DNA from: Candidatus Latescibacterota bacterium
GTDB taxonomy: Bacteria > Latescibacterota > UBA2968 > UBA8231
Assembly: GCA_965223905.1 (NCBI GenBank)
Contig: CBDCXV010000002.1
Span: forward strand, 160,001-224,000
DNA: 64,000 bases
Direction of reading: 5' to 3'
Numbering within the stretch: position 1 is the stretch's first letter; each line of letters begins with the position of its first letter. Below are positions 31,901 through 38,061 of this stretch, piece after piece. The notes beneath the pieces were generated by a model, which worked only from the letters and a program-made list of their open reading frames with translations, was not told the origin of the DNA and made no database searches. The position numbers and the translations under genes are program-made.

Positions 31901-31929
31901 ATCTGCGCAGGGTCGGCCGGAGGGAATGA
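19966..31929 (+). CDS. Giant modular secreted protein B (~3990 aa): FlgD-type Ig, dockerin-like, 3 YWTD propellers, Ig, cadherin/FN3 arrays, SwmB-like, LRR, C-terminal M8 (leishmanolysin-like) Zn protease
   Basis: Signal peptide MRWVIGCLLALAPAAGA; 18 YWTD-type repeats; repeated cadherin (ENT..DYE) and FN3 (W..P..Y.VQY..Y.VQV.A.N.EG...WS); about 14 24-aa LRRs; HEIGHALG..SHW..ELMT. Confidence 0.93.
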   Translation: MRWVIGCLLALAPAAGAEPLLEGRVLLSSGAPAAGARVRLFADLERSLRATADESGYFAFPLNALRKAAPLPARLHLGQNYPNPFNPSTIIPYQLPAATRVRLEVFNILGQRVATLVDGERPAGFHTAAWNATDASGRGVGSGVYLYRLLGGGERLTRSMVLLDGAVGLGGGGGSARAAAPPRGKGPVYGLTVSGPGLVPYVDPAFRMGGGPVEIQVQPLSSLPRGKVAAGGLLGDVNRDGRVDLADALLVASYSEDPTLSLANGDLTLGDVNRDGQVDLADARLIEAYHADPSDASLPEGIGAPVGAEARLYWTDADGDRIQRSFLDGSGVEDVVDSGLVNPRGLAVDQAAGKLYWTDYGSDRIQRSNLDGSEVEDLVTTGLRIPLGLALDTVAGKLYWTDNGSDKIQRSNLDGSEVEDLVTGLQTPLSLALDAAAGKLYWTDSGTDKIQRANLDGSEIEDLVATGLELPRGLAVDAAGGKLYWTDNGSDQIQRANLDGSQVEELVREGLHTPRGLALDPEAGKLYWTDSGTGKIQRANLDGTEIEDLVTEGLLSPRGLVLVRTVAPGNQAPVLAPIADRTAAAGDTLTLVAAGSDPDGDTLTYTASSGNEAVVSVEIADSLVTVYALSAGGATITATVRDPEGLEAVQTFSVLVGAGGLGAVNRLYWTDAEADRIQRANLDGSAVEDVIDSGLVNPRGLAVDEAAGKLYWTDYGSDRIQRSNLDGTEVEDLVTAGLQIPLALALDAAAGKLYWTDNGTNRIQRSNLDGSEVEDLVTGLQTPLGLALDQAGGKLYWTDSGADKIQRANLDGTEIEDLVTAGLQIPRGLALDTAGGKLYWADSGTDRIQRANLDGTEIEDLVTTGLGTPRGLALDVSAGKLYWADSSTDRIQRSNLDGSEIEDLVTEGLLSPRGLALARIPSADNQAPTLEPLADRMAATGDSLTLELAGSDPDGDALTYTASSSQEEIATAEAADSLVTLRLLSVGQTAITVTAGDPGGLQASRTFTVTVQASNEPPLAIPWLYWTDARTDRIQRAELDGSGIRTLVSGLGQPRDIALDRDGGRMYWTDSGSDKIQRAHLDGSKVEDLVTEGLKEPFGIALDKAGGKIYWSDWGTDKIQRSNLDGSEIEDLVATGLNEPYGLALDLGEGKIYWTDWGSDRIQRANLDGSQIEDLVIGLNQPRGLALDLEGGRMYWPDWGTDKIQRANLDGSEVEDLVTEGLRTSQAIALDLDEGRMYWTDYGTDKIQRANLDGSQVEDLVTSGLKEPYGLALGAGLPAQVFKVEGDSATLNLAGRFRDPEGGVLTLTVSSSDEGVAAATLADSVVTIAPVTPGRVTVSVTARDEGGRAATLPVPVTVYPANRPPVAQTLGDRKIRIDRPARVDLSTAFTDPDEGDVLTYTAMSSNEAVATAAVEGSGVNIAPKSLGQTTIAVTARDPEGLEASLSFGVTVEPKPPPRPPRPPSGSGSDDNGNGNSNDGGGPAPPPQPPPPPPGQNNAPTFDEAPAPTRTVAENTPANRNIQHPVRATDPDGHRLTYRLAGPDETRFTVVSSSGQLRTRSGVAYDFEVKDRYEVRLESDDTYGGTDAIDVTVHVADVDEPPQTPARPRVEPGDSKSLTVTWTEPANTGPEVDGYDVQYRTGSGSFLPWTHDGDGTTATITGLDVNTRYEVQVRATNDEGTGAWSSSGRGATSTNQRPIFDEGGSATRSLAENTPGGQDVGNPIRAADPEGGALTYRLTGGDTDQFTIDSSNGQLRTRTGVDYDYEAQNRYSVTVEAQDEQGGRATIAVTIDINDDDNERPERPDRPSVTASTLTSLTLRWTEPANPGPPITDYNVQYREGSSGAFTAAAHDGTGTTTTIANLESDTSYEIQVQATSDEGTSQWSPSGNGRTVANQAPTFNEGSRTTRRLAENTTGTQDIGNPVTATDGDGGTLLYHLEGTDRASFTLDVNQLQTIAGVTYDYEEKSSYEVTVRVEDGQGGSNTIEVTINLIDQQEPPETPSAPGVSAASSTSLTVTWIEPTNTGPDVDDYDLQYREGDSGGFTSWTHNGADLTATITGLTPGANYEAQVRASNDEGTSDWSPSGTGNTSANEPPVFTDGSSATRALDENTTGVVDVGDPVGATDPENTTLAYSLQGADADSFTVHSSSGQLRTRSGKTWDYETTSNYSVSVKATDGHGGERTIPVFVELNDLNEPPSFTSDAAFQAAENQTFAGRVTAQDLDSGDNIATYTVTGGADQNLFEVNSAGTLTFKDAPDFENPSDAGRNNQYNVAVTATGGTGGRALTSEQAITVTVTDENEPPVFTSDDAFKVDENEQIVGRVIATDVDRDDGITGYEITGGADEDEFEIAGTNQLRFKDDPDFERPADSGGDNEYLVEVTATGGTDTRVMTGTQTITVAIEDEVEPPGKPDPPAVSDETESSLTVTWTEPANTGPVITNYHVQYREGTSGPFTDWPDTGPTLTRTITGLRSGQTYQVQVQAKNDEGEGAWSNAGSGRTLTAPTVSSVAFTSTPPSGQNNTYKKDDVIGVTVTFSEAVTVTGTPQVDLTLGSTVRQAGYESGSTTTQLLFQYEVQADDEDDNGAAINENGLKLNSGRIFLLKNSVTVNADLAHSAVANQSRHKVDGVAPTPTKAEVDGTKLTLTYGETLVSNPKPANSDFEVTVDSETRSVTAVAVSNTKVTLTLASAVNTGETVALAYTPGTNPIRDRARNPAGALSNLAVDNLRNVCNRTAQVRDEIMDEAGVSACGDVTADHLAAITRLSLIDESISTLKAGDFAGLTSLEELYLSDNSISSLPAGIFSGLSALEDLSLRQNNLSNLGANTFSGLTALVSLDLSFSHLGDFDPGLFSGLASLTHLNLLSARINNLPANGFSALTALDTLILQYNLLGDLDANEFSGLSTLEYLDLSNTRITSLPADVFSGLSSLKHLDMEYARLSSLPATVFSGLSSLEHLNVKRNDLPSLDPGQFSGLTALIHLDISSIDLTSVHADLFSGLTELEFLDLSYNNNHLTTLSATVFSEQTKLRTLSLRTNDISTLDSLFVGLTELRSLDLRQMDLSTLGDSVFSGLTELTRLQLQWNPVDPLPITVSLESAETDQFRAKAHTGAPFDVVLPLRLSNGEIDGGESSITIPQGSVESEPLSVSRTAGTRAAVTVDLGTLPALPSGDNGYELVRSADLPLVVIAAEKGVEIYPTELTLPEDDSDTYTVVLTMEPTADVTVTVTVPSGADVTVNPSPLTFTTDNWDTPQTVTVSTSADTDTDDDEVTLTHTVSGGGYQGVTADDVEVTVTETAVSTNSPPSIFHNSWTVDENFSGHISIVGTDPDDRDYITGYEITGGRDRALFEIATRGGRGELTFVDVPDFERPAGTSNRNEIVVTVTSGMGARKRTGQRQIAINVNDVDEPPGRPPAPGLSLPGGSPTIAVSMGGRIPPVNTGPDISGWGIGYREKDSGDFITSTHTSSTLDARIDNLTKGVTYEVQVQAKNDEGDSEWSPSAEKELPNKPPVVVGSFDDLTLAVGGAVEIVSADGVFSSQDGDLLTYSASSGNTAAATVQLIGTKVLVDPGSAGSATITVTASDPYGASDSETFDVTVQTPTLSAPTLTITGNLFTLSFTDDFAAEETRAYHVRIRQKTNHGPWATGCHTETNDEDSQQSISVSLEDAVSDFFEPGTTYEADYGYLGADCDGSLTGSRSATGEVTTSGTASFDIDLVFVGSISSTNRSHIEDAVERWEEIITGDLPNHQLTSRNREYLNRRYPGTTAPEVVDDIVIYVRTGYVLGLAAATSLSHRTPSSLPFASEIVLGTSNVINYLVALHEIGHALGFGTYPWTAHNLLKDPSRGPFSTIITPSPDTYFSGAKAVAAFDAAGGTSYTGTKVPVENGSSTRYRPSLDSHWRQSVIQSELMTPGFSDPGPLSAITIQSMADLGYTVDVTQADAYTLPSSITAKRVAWAGGDDKEEAVLLNCVLDHHETGPEEPEPITLNLRRVGRRE

Positions 31930-31938
31930 GCCTCCGCC

Positions 31939-33780
31939 TCAGAACTCCTGCCCCCCGACCGTCATCAACGCTTCGGCCACCTGCCCGAAGGGCCGTCCCC
32001 CGGCGACCAGGTCGACCGCGAACGGCTGCCGCCTGCAAGGGCCGTCCGGGATGATCGACAGCTCGCAGCTGACCTCGCAGCGGGGACCTGCCTGCAGGCT
32101 CGCCGACTCTCCCCGCCATCCTTTAGGGCCGACGAGGGCGACCTCCAGCTCTGCCCTCTGCGGCAGGGGGTTGCGCACGGTCACCCTGACCAGCGCCGGT
32201 CCGGGCTCGGCAAGGTGCACGCGGTAGGGCCAGATCCAGCCTCCCCAGCTGTCGAGATCGAAGTGGATCTCCTCCTCGCCGAGGGGCATGAGGTTCCTGT
32301 GCAGGGTCTCGTAGTCGTGCCGCCACTTCTCGATGTGGACGAAGAAATCCTCGTCGGTGAAGAAGGCGGGCTGATGCCCCTGGATCACCACCTGCGGCCG
32401 CCACTCGAGCATCCAGCGGCCGCTCTCCTCGTAGCCGTTGAGCAGGGCGCCGTTGCGGTAGACGTGGTTCTGCAGGCGCTGGTTCTCGCTCCAGTTCCTG
32501 AAATCGCCGTCGAAGAAGTACTGGTCGCCGGTGTGGGCGAAGCGCATGCCGTCGGCCTCGAACCCGATCAGCGAGGCGAAGCGGGTGTGGCCGCTCATGG
32601 GGGCGAAGTGGAAGCGGTACTCCTCCCACTCGACTTCCTCGTCGAGCCGGATGCGGCGGTCGACGCGGGCCGGCTGCGGCCAGTTGCAGGGGAAGCAGTG
32701 CGCTTCCGGGTGGGCGATCAGGTCGGCGAAGTTCTCCGCGGCCCAGACCTCGGTGCCGAACAATCGCTGCAGCAGCGGCAGCCCGCAGACGTGGTCGTCG
32801 TGGAAGTGGCTGATGAGGGCGACGTCGATGCGGTCGATCCCGAACTGCCTTTCGAGCGCCTCGAGCCCGTGGAGGAGGGGGCGCCGGTTGGGGGGGCTGG
32901 AGTACCCGGGGAAGGCGCTGCCGAACGGGGAGGAGTAATACCCGTAGTCGATGACCAGCGCCTTGCCGGAGTCGCTGATGACGAACCAGTTGTTGCTGCC
33001 CGAGTCGGTGTCGAGGAAGACGTGGTCGGTCACCTTGTCGAGGCGTCCCGGAGGCCCGGGTTCGCCGTAGCGGTAGGGGGCGAGCAGCGCCGACAGGTTC
33101 TCCTCCAGGCCGCTCAACGCCCCGCCGGTGTCGGCGAGGATCGGCTCTCCCAGGCTCGGCATCAGGGCGGCCGGTTCGCGGCCCCGCAGGGAGCGGGCGG
33201 AGTACACGGCGTTCCCGGCGCCGGACATGTCGTTGTAGTTGTACTGGAAGGGGGCGACGCGCGGCACCCGGCCGGGGGAGTGGATGGCCTCGCCGCAGAA
33301 CACCACCTGCCCGTCCATGCCCGGCAGCGTTACCCCGAGCCCGACCTGGGTGAGGGTGCAGCCGGGCAGGGGGATCACCTCCACCTCCAGGCCGGCCAGC
33401 CGGATGCGGTCGTAGTCGCGCAGCAGGCCGGCGACCGCGACCGGCTCGATCGGGGCGAACAGGTTCCAGAGGTTGTCGTAGATGACGTAGGTCTCCCGCG
33501 CCCTGAAATGCTGCCCCGGATCGGCGAGAACGGCCCTCTCGTGCTCGGGCACGTACACCGGGATTCCCCGCGCCGCGGCCGGCACCGCCCCGGCGGCGTG
33601 ATCGCGGAAGTAATGGGTCAGGGCGAGGGCGGCCGGAGGCGCCGGGAGCTCGGAAACGCAGCCGAGCCAGCGCCCGGTGCCGGCATCGATTACGAGCATG
33701 CCCTCGCTTCCCTGCACGGCGTAGACGTTGCAGCTGTCCTCATAGCAGTACACACCCGGGATCACTTCCCGCCAGTTCAT
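31939..33780 (-). CDS. Tandem metallo-beta-lactamase-fold hydrolase
   Basis: Degenerate THYFRDH in domain 1; SHFHDDH and GHT in domain 2. Start at ATG 33780 with upstream ggaagg. Confidence 0.88.
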   Translation of the reverse strand: MNWREVIPGVYCYEDSCNVYAVQGSEGMLVIDAGTGRWLGCVSELPAPPAALALTHYFRDHAAGAVPAAARGIPVYVPEHERAVLADPGQHFRARETYVIYDNLWNLFAPIEPVAVAGLLRDYDRIRLAGLEVEVIPLPGCTLTQVGLGVTLPGMDGQVVFCGEAIHSPGRVPRVAPFQYNYNDMSGAGNAVYSARSLRGREPAALMPSLGEPILADTGGALSGLEENLSALLAPYRYGEPGPPGRLDKVTDHVFLDTDSGSNNWFVISDSGKALVIDYGYYSSPFGSAFPGYSSPPNRRPLLHGLEALERQFGIDRIDVALISHFHDDHVCGLPLLQRLFGTEVWAAENFADLIAHPEAHCFPCNWPQPARVDRRIRLDEEVEWEEYRFHFAPMSGHTRFASLIGFEADGMRFAHTGDQYFFDGDFRNWSENQRLQNHVYRNGALLNGYEESGRWMLEWRPQVVIQGHQPAFFTDEDFFVHIEKWRHDYETLHRNLMPLGEEEIHFDLDSWGGWIWPYRVHLAEPGPALVRVTVRNPLPQRAELEVALVGPKGWRGESASLQAGPRCEVSCELSIIPDGPCRRQPFAVDLVAGGRPFGQVAEALMTVGGQEF

Positions 33781-33809
33781 GGTTTCCGCCTTCCTGTTGG
33801 TTTGGGGTG

Positions 33810-34931
33810 CTATTTCCAGTCCCGGGAATCCGGGACGTCGACCCAGATGGAGCCCGCGGCGATCGACTGCTGGCTCACCAGGCCCGGCAGGGTCATGTCC
33901 ATCGCCTGATCGATGCCGATGGGGGGCTCGCTCCCCTCGCGAATCGCGGTGACGAAATCCTGGACCTGCCAATAGTCGCCGCCGCCGTGCCCGGCCCGGA
34001 CCGCCTCTTCGGGCGGGTTCTTCCAGAACTCCGGCAGGAACTCCTCCTCGAGGTCCTCGAGGGCTTCCCAGACGGGGGCCTCGCTACGGCTGCGCAGCCA
34101 GATCCTGTCGACTCCCCTGAACCGGTCGGAGGACTCGTAGGCGCCGTCGGTTCCCTGCAGGGCGTAGTGGGTCATGTTGTGCGGCCGGTCGGAGAGCATG
34201 TCGACCCGGATGTGGGCGAGACCGCCGTTCGACAGGCGGCACATCATGGTGACGGAGTCCTCCATCTCGTACTCGTCGCCGCGCGGGTCGCGGTAGTGAT
34301 GGCCGCTGCCGACCGCGCAGACCGACGCCACCCGGTGCGGTTCGAACCACTGCAGCACCGGTCCCAGGCTGTGGGTGGGGTAGGTGCAGCCGTTGACGCC
34401 GGTCTGCCAGCGCCGCCGCCACCGGGTGATCTCGTTGAGCTGCTTGAGCTCGTGGATGTAGGCCCCCTCGGCGTAGTAGAGCTCGCCGAACAGGCCGCGG
34501 CGGGCGATCTCCCGGACGATCACGTTCGGCTTCGTGCAGGTGTAGTTCTCCCCCATCATGTAGGCCGCGCTGCTGCGCCGGACGGCGCGCACGAGCTCCT
34601 CGCACTCCTCGAGGGACACGCCCGCGGTCACCTCGCTGAGGACGTGGATGCCGCGCTCGAGGGCCATGACCGCCTGGGGCGCGTGGAGCGGCATCGGAGT
34701 GCCGATCACCACGGCGTCGACGAGCCCGGAGTCGAGCATGGCCTCGGCGTCGGTGAAGGTCCGCTCGACTCCGAGCCGGGCCGCGGATTGGGCCAGCTCC
34801 TCTTCGGCGACGTCGCAGAGCGCGGCGATGGCCGCGGCCGGGTTGGCCTGGAGGCCGCTCGCGAAGCTGCCGCCGCGGCGCACCGCGCCGATGATGCCGA
34901 AGCGGATCGCGTCGTCATCCATCGCTTGCAA
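33810..34931 (-). CDS. Gfo/Idh/MocA family oxidoreductase
   Basis: IRFGIIGA, DAVVIGTPMPLH, HVLSEV, MMGENY, YPTHSLGP, GHGGGD. Confidence 0.92.
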   Translation of the reverse strand: MQAMDDDAIRFGIIGAVRRGGSFASGLQANPAAAIAALCDVAEEELAQSAARLGVERTFTDAEAMLDSGLVDAVVIGTPMPLHAPQAVMALERGIHVLSEVTAGVSLEECEELVRAVRRSSAAYMMGENYTCTKPNVIVREIARRGLFGELYYAEGAYIHELKQLNEITRWRRRWQTGVNGCTYPTHSLGPVLQWFEPHRVASVCAVGSGHHYRDPRGDEYEMEDSVTMMCRLSNGGLAHIRVDMLSDRPHNMTHYALQGTDGAYESSDRFRGVDRIWLRSRSEAPVWEALEDLEEEFLPEFWKNPPEEAVRAGHGGGDYWQVQDFVTAIREGSEPPIGIDQAMDMTLPGLVSQQSIAAGSIWVDVPDSRDWK

Positions 34932-35219
34932 TTCTCCGGCGGTCGTGTCGGAGCGAACGGCCGATCAGTTGTCGGCCGCAGGTTTCTCCTGGGTAGTATG
35001 CCTCTGCACATGCATGGCGGCTGGGGCGGCGCACCTTGCGCTCACAGGAGGCCGGGCAACCGGTTCGCGCGCGACTGCAGCAACGCCGGGCAGGCTCAGG
35101 GCCTGATGGATACGGGGACGATCCTGCGGCATTTGGCGTGGTCAGGCCCACGGATATTTTCTAGCTTTTACCAGCGACACCAAGGTACAACCGCCTCCCG
35201 AATTTTGTAAGATTCTCTT

Positions 35220-35339
35220 ATGGGCATCGTATACCGACTTCTAGAGATTGAATTTTAGTGGGATGAGAACAAAGCCCAAAGCAACATATCCGCGCGTCGT
35301 GCGACGCGCCGGGAAAGGAAGTCTTATGAAGAAGCTTGA
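35220..35339 (+). pseudogene. brnT: BrnT-family toxin remnant (nonsense codon + internal deletion)
   Basis: MGIVYRLLEIEF*WDENKAQSNI fused directly to SARRATRRERKSYEEA*: the N- and C-terminal BrnT motifs with the middle lost. Confidence 0.8.
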
Positions 35340-35670
35340 AACCAAAAAAAAGGAAGAATTCGGTCTTGCGTTCCGTCCGCGTGCCACGGAAATGGTATCC
35401 ATGGAGATGCCGACGGAGGTGCTCGATTCCCTGAACCAGGTCGCCGCCAACCGGGACATGTCGGTCCAGGCATTACTCAAGTTCTACATTGGGCAGGGGC
35501 TGCGGCAAGATGTAGCCAGCCTTTTCGGCACCCGGGTGCTGGAAACGACGGAGGCCGTTCTGGCAAGGCATATCTCCTCCGAAAAGGAGATCAGCTCGAT
35601 CATCGAGGAGATTCGCGCGGAAACGGGCCCCGGTCGTTCGAAACTCTTTGCGGGTGCTCCAATCCGCTGA
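35326..35670 (+). CDS. Ribbon-helix-helix (CopG/BrnA-like) antitoxin
   Basis: 'VSMEMPTEVLDSLNQVAANRDMSVQALLKFYIGQGL'; its start overlaps the BrnT remnant. Confidence 0.78.
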   Translation: MKKLETKKKEEFGLAFRPRATEMVSMEMPTEVLDSLNQVAANRDMSVQALLKFYIGQGLRQDVASLFGTRVLETTEAVLARHISSEKEISSIIEEIRAETGPGRSKLFAGAPIR

Positions 35671-35672
35671 TC

Positions 35673-36395
35673 TCACGAGCGCCTCTTCAGCCTCGGTCCG
35701 TCCGGCAGGTCCTCGACCTCGAACCCCGCTGCGAGGATTCGGGCCCTGAGGGCGTCGGCAGTCCCGTAATCGCGCTGCCGGCGGGCCTCGGTTCGCCGCC
35801 GTGCCATCTCCATGACCTCGGCCGGAATCTCCTCACGCGGCGGTTCCCAGTTCGCCAGACCGAGGCCGAGCACGCCGTCAAAGGCCAGCAACGTTCCCTT
35901 TTTCACTTCGTCGGGAAGCTCCGACCGCACCAAGCCCCAGACCACGGCCAGGGCCTGTGGCATGTTGAGGTCGCTGTTCAGGCAGCGTTTGAAAGCCTTG
36001 ATGGAGGCAGGGTTCGGATCCCCGGCAGGACCCCATGCGAGCGCAGCCCGGCGCAGCCGTTCCAGGGCAGCCGTGGCCGCGTCAAGGGCTTCCCAGTTGA
36101 AGGTGAGAGGCCGCCGGTAGTGCGCCCCGAGCAGGAACATCCGGTAGGCCAGCGGGTCGTATCCCGCCTCGACCAGGCGGTCGAGCGTCAGGAAGGACCC
36201 GCTCGACTTGGACATGCGCTCGTCATCGAACACCAGAAACCGGCCGTGCATCCAGAAGCGGGCCAGCAGGGTCCCGTAGCAGGCCTCGGCTTGAGCGATC
36301 TCGTTCACATGGTGAATGGTCAGATGGTCTTCGCCGCCGCAGTGGATGTCGAAGTACGGGCCCAGACGGGATTCCGCCATGGCTACGCATTCCGT
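35673..36395 (-). pseudogene. cysS: Cysteinyl-tRNA synthetase, 3' half only
   Basis: TECVAM..LG..FDIHCGGEDH...HHVNEIAQ, WMHG, RMSKS, HYR, DLNMPQA, ADALR; no HIGH-containing N-terminal half. Confidence 0.88.
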
Positions 36396-36412
36396 TGTGG
36401 GAGTGAACGGCC

Positions 36413-36820
36413 CTAAGCGCCCGTCGATCGTCGCTGCACATAGCTGAGGGCAGCGCGTGCGAGCAGCCCGGACCGCGTCTCCCCCTCCCGGGCCGCGGCC
36501 TCGTCCACGATGGCCAGCACCCGGGCCGGCACGGTGATGTTGATCCGCCTTGCCTTGCTCGACAGCTTGGAGATGTCGACTGAAACCAGCGCCCAGATCC
36601 CATCCCCGTCCTCGTTGGCCTGGTGTGTCTCGAGCGGGGCCTGCTCGGGTACCGGCTCGCCGTCCATGAGCAAGCCCTCGATGTGGCAGGCGACGGCCTC
36701 GTGAGCGGATTCGATAGCCTCTTCGAGTGTATCTCCGGCCGAGAAGCAGCCGGGCAGATCCGGCACGGTGACTCCATATCCGGTCTCTTCGTCTTTGTGA
36801 ATCACAACTGGAAAACGCAT
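36413..36820 (-). CDS. hicB: HicB antitoxin
   Basis: YGVTVPDLPGCFSAGDTLEEA; C-terminal RHH 'RINITVP...ETRSGLLARAA'. Confidence 0.95.
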   Translation of the reverse strand: MRFPVVIHKDEETGYGVTVPDLPGCFSAGDTLEEAIESAHEAVACHIEGLLMDGEPVPEQAPLETHQANEDGDGIWALVSVDISKLSSKARRINITVPARVLAIVDEAAAREGETRSGLLARAALSYVQRRSTGA

Positions 36821-37014
36821 CAGCTATCCTCCCATTTCCATTGAGCCTGCCGGTAAATGTTGCGCAGCGTCCCGATCGGAATGTCCTTGCTCGGATGCTT
36901 TACCGTAACCCGTCCGGGCTTCTCGGGGTGGGTGAAATGATGGTGGCTTCCCCGCGTGTTCCTGAGCACCCAGCCGTCCCGCTTCAACTTCCGGATTATG
37001 TCCGTGCTCTTCAT
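36820..37014 (-). CDS. hicA: HicA mRNase toxin
   Basis: DGW...RGSHHHFTHP...VTVKHP.KDIPIGTL.NI..QA. Confidence 0.95.
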   Translation of the reverse strand: MKSTDIIRKLKRDGWVLRNTRGSHHHFTHPEKPGRVTVKHPSKDIPIGTLRNIYRQAQWKWEDS

Positions 37015-37016
37015 AA

Positions 37017-37050
37017 GTGTGTAATATACACACCACTTTCCCGGTATCAA
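37017..37050 (-). promoter_or_regulatory. hicAB sigma70 promoter with overlapping palindromic operator
   Basis: TTGATA-N16-TATATT on the minus strand; perfect palindrome GTGTGTA-ata-TACACAC at 37017-37033, 2 nt from the ATG. Confidence 0.75.
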
Positions 37051-37175
37051 CGATGGGAATTATCCAGTCGTCTCGATGCCGACTTTGCGGCGTACTACCG
37101 CAACAGCGGTCCCGGTTCGCAAACAGTGAGCGAGAAGGGCTGACGGTGCGCCGACATTGACAAGGAGATGCCGCC

Positions 37176-37968
37176 GTGAACGATACCGAATACCTGATGC
37201 AAAAAATGGCCAGGGCCTTCGAGATGAGGGAGGGACGAAAGTTTACCGCGCTCGAGAAGCAGTTCCTGACCGCCGCGGCGCACGGCGCCACCGGCCTGTG
37301 CCACGCCAGCTGCGACGTCCCGCGAATGGAAGCCCTGCTGCGGGAGCGGCCGGCCCTGCTCGAATCGGTCGGTTCGGTCGCCCTGTCGATGGCGGTCTCC
37401 TACTTCGGAACCTGCGAGGCGGTCCGCTTTCTGCTCGATCGCGGCGTCCGCGAGTTCTACGACTGCGAGACCGGGCTCTACCGGAAGCACCAGCACGAGC
37501 CGGCGACCAAGGCGTTCTACCACGGGAACTTCGAAACCCTGCGCGCGGTATTCGAGGCCGGCGTCAGCAATGCCTCCGTCATCAGCACGTCGCACGTGGG
37601 ATGGCCGGCGAACACCTCGCTGCTGTTCTGGGCGGTCGGCAGGCCGGTCGAGTACACGGAATTCGCGCTCGCGTACGGCGCCGACCCGGAAGCGCCGTTC
37701 TCGGGCAACGGCGAGCGCGGCAACACCCCGCTGCAGGAGGCCGCGGCGCGTTTCGGCACCGAGCGCTGGAATTCCGACGTCGCCGATACGGTCCGCGCTC
37801 TCCTCGAGCACGGGGCGCACGCCGCTCCACCGGGCCGCGTACGAGGGCAGGCTCGAGGCGGCCGAGGTGCTCATCGTCCTGGGGGCGGACCGAAGGCTGA
37901 AGACGAAGTCGGGGAAGCGGCCGCTGCAGGTGGCGCGGCTGGATTGCAGGCACCTGAAAGAGCAGTGA
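37176..37968 (+). pseudogene. Ankyrin-repeat protein, frameshift/deletion near 37815
   Basis: 'GNTPLQEAA..VRALLEHGA' then, in another frame, 'GRTPLHRAAYEGRLEAAEVLIVLGAD'. Confidence 0.8.
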
Positions 37969-38061
37969 AGCCGGCCCTTGTCGCGCTGACATCCCTGTCG
38001 ACAGGGTGGATGGGATCGGCCGCAGCCCCCCGGGCAGCCCACAAGGGAGGCGAGAGAGCCG

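Noticed and set aside
33781-33972. N-terminal extension of the MBL ORF
   Set aside because: It overlaps the upstream oxidoreductase in another frame; ATG 33780 has an RBS.
25990-35210. Long antisense ORFs (e.g. 25990-28224, 32215-33909, 33807-35210)
   Set aside because: They are shadow ORFs expected opposite GC3-rich genes and carry no motifs.
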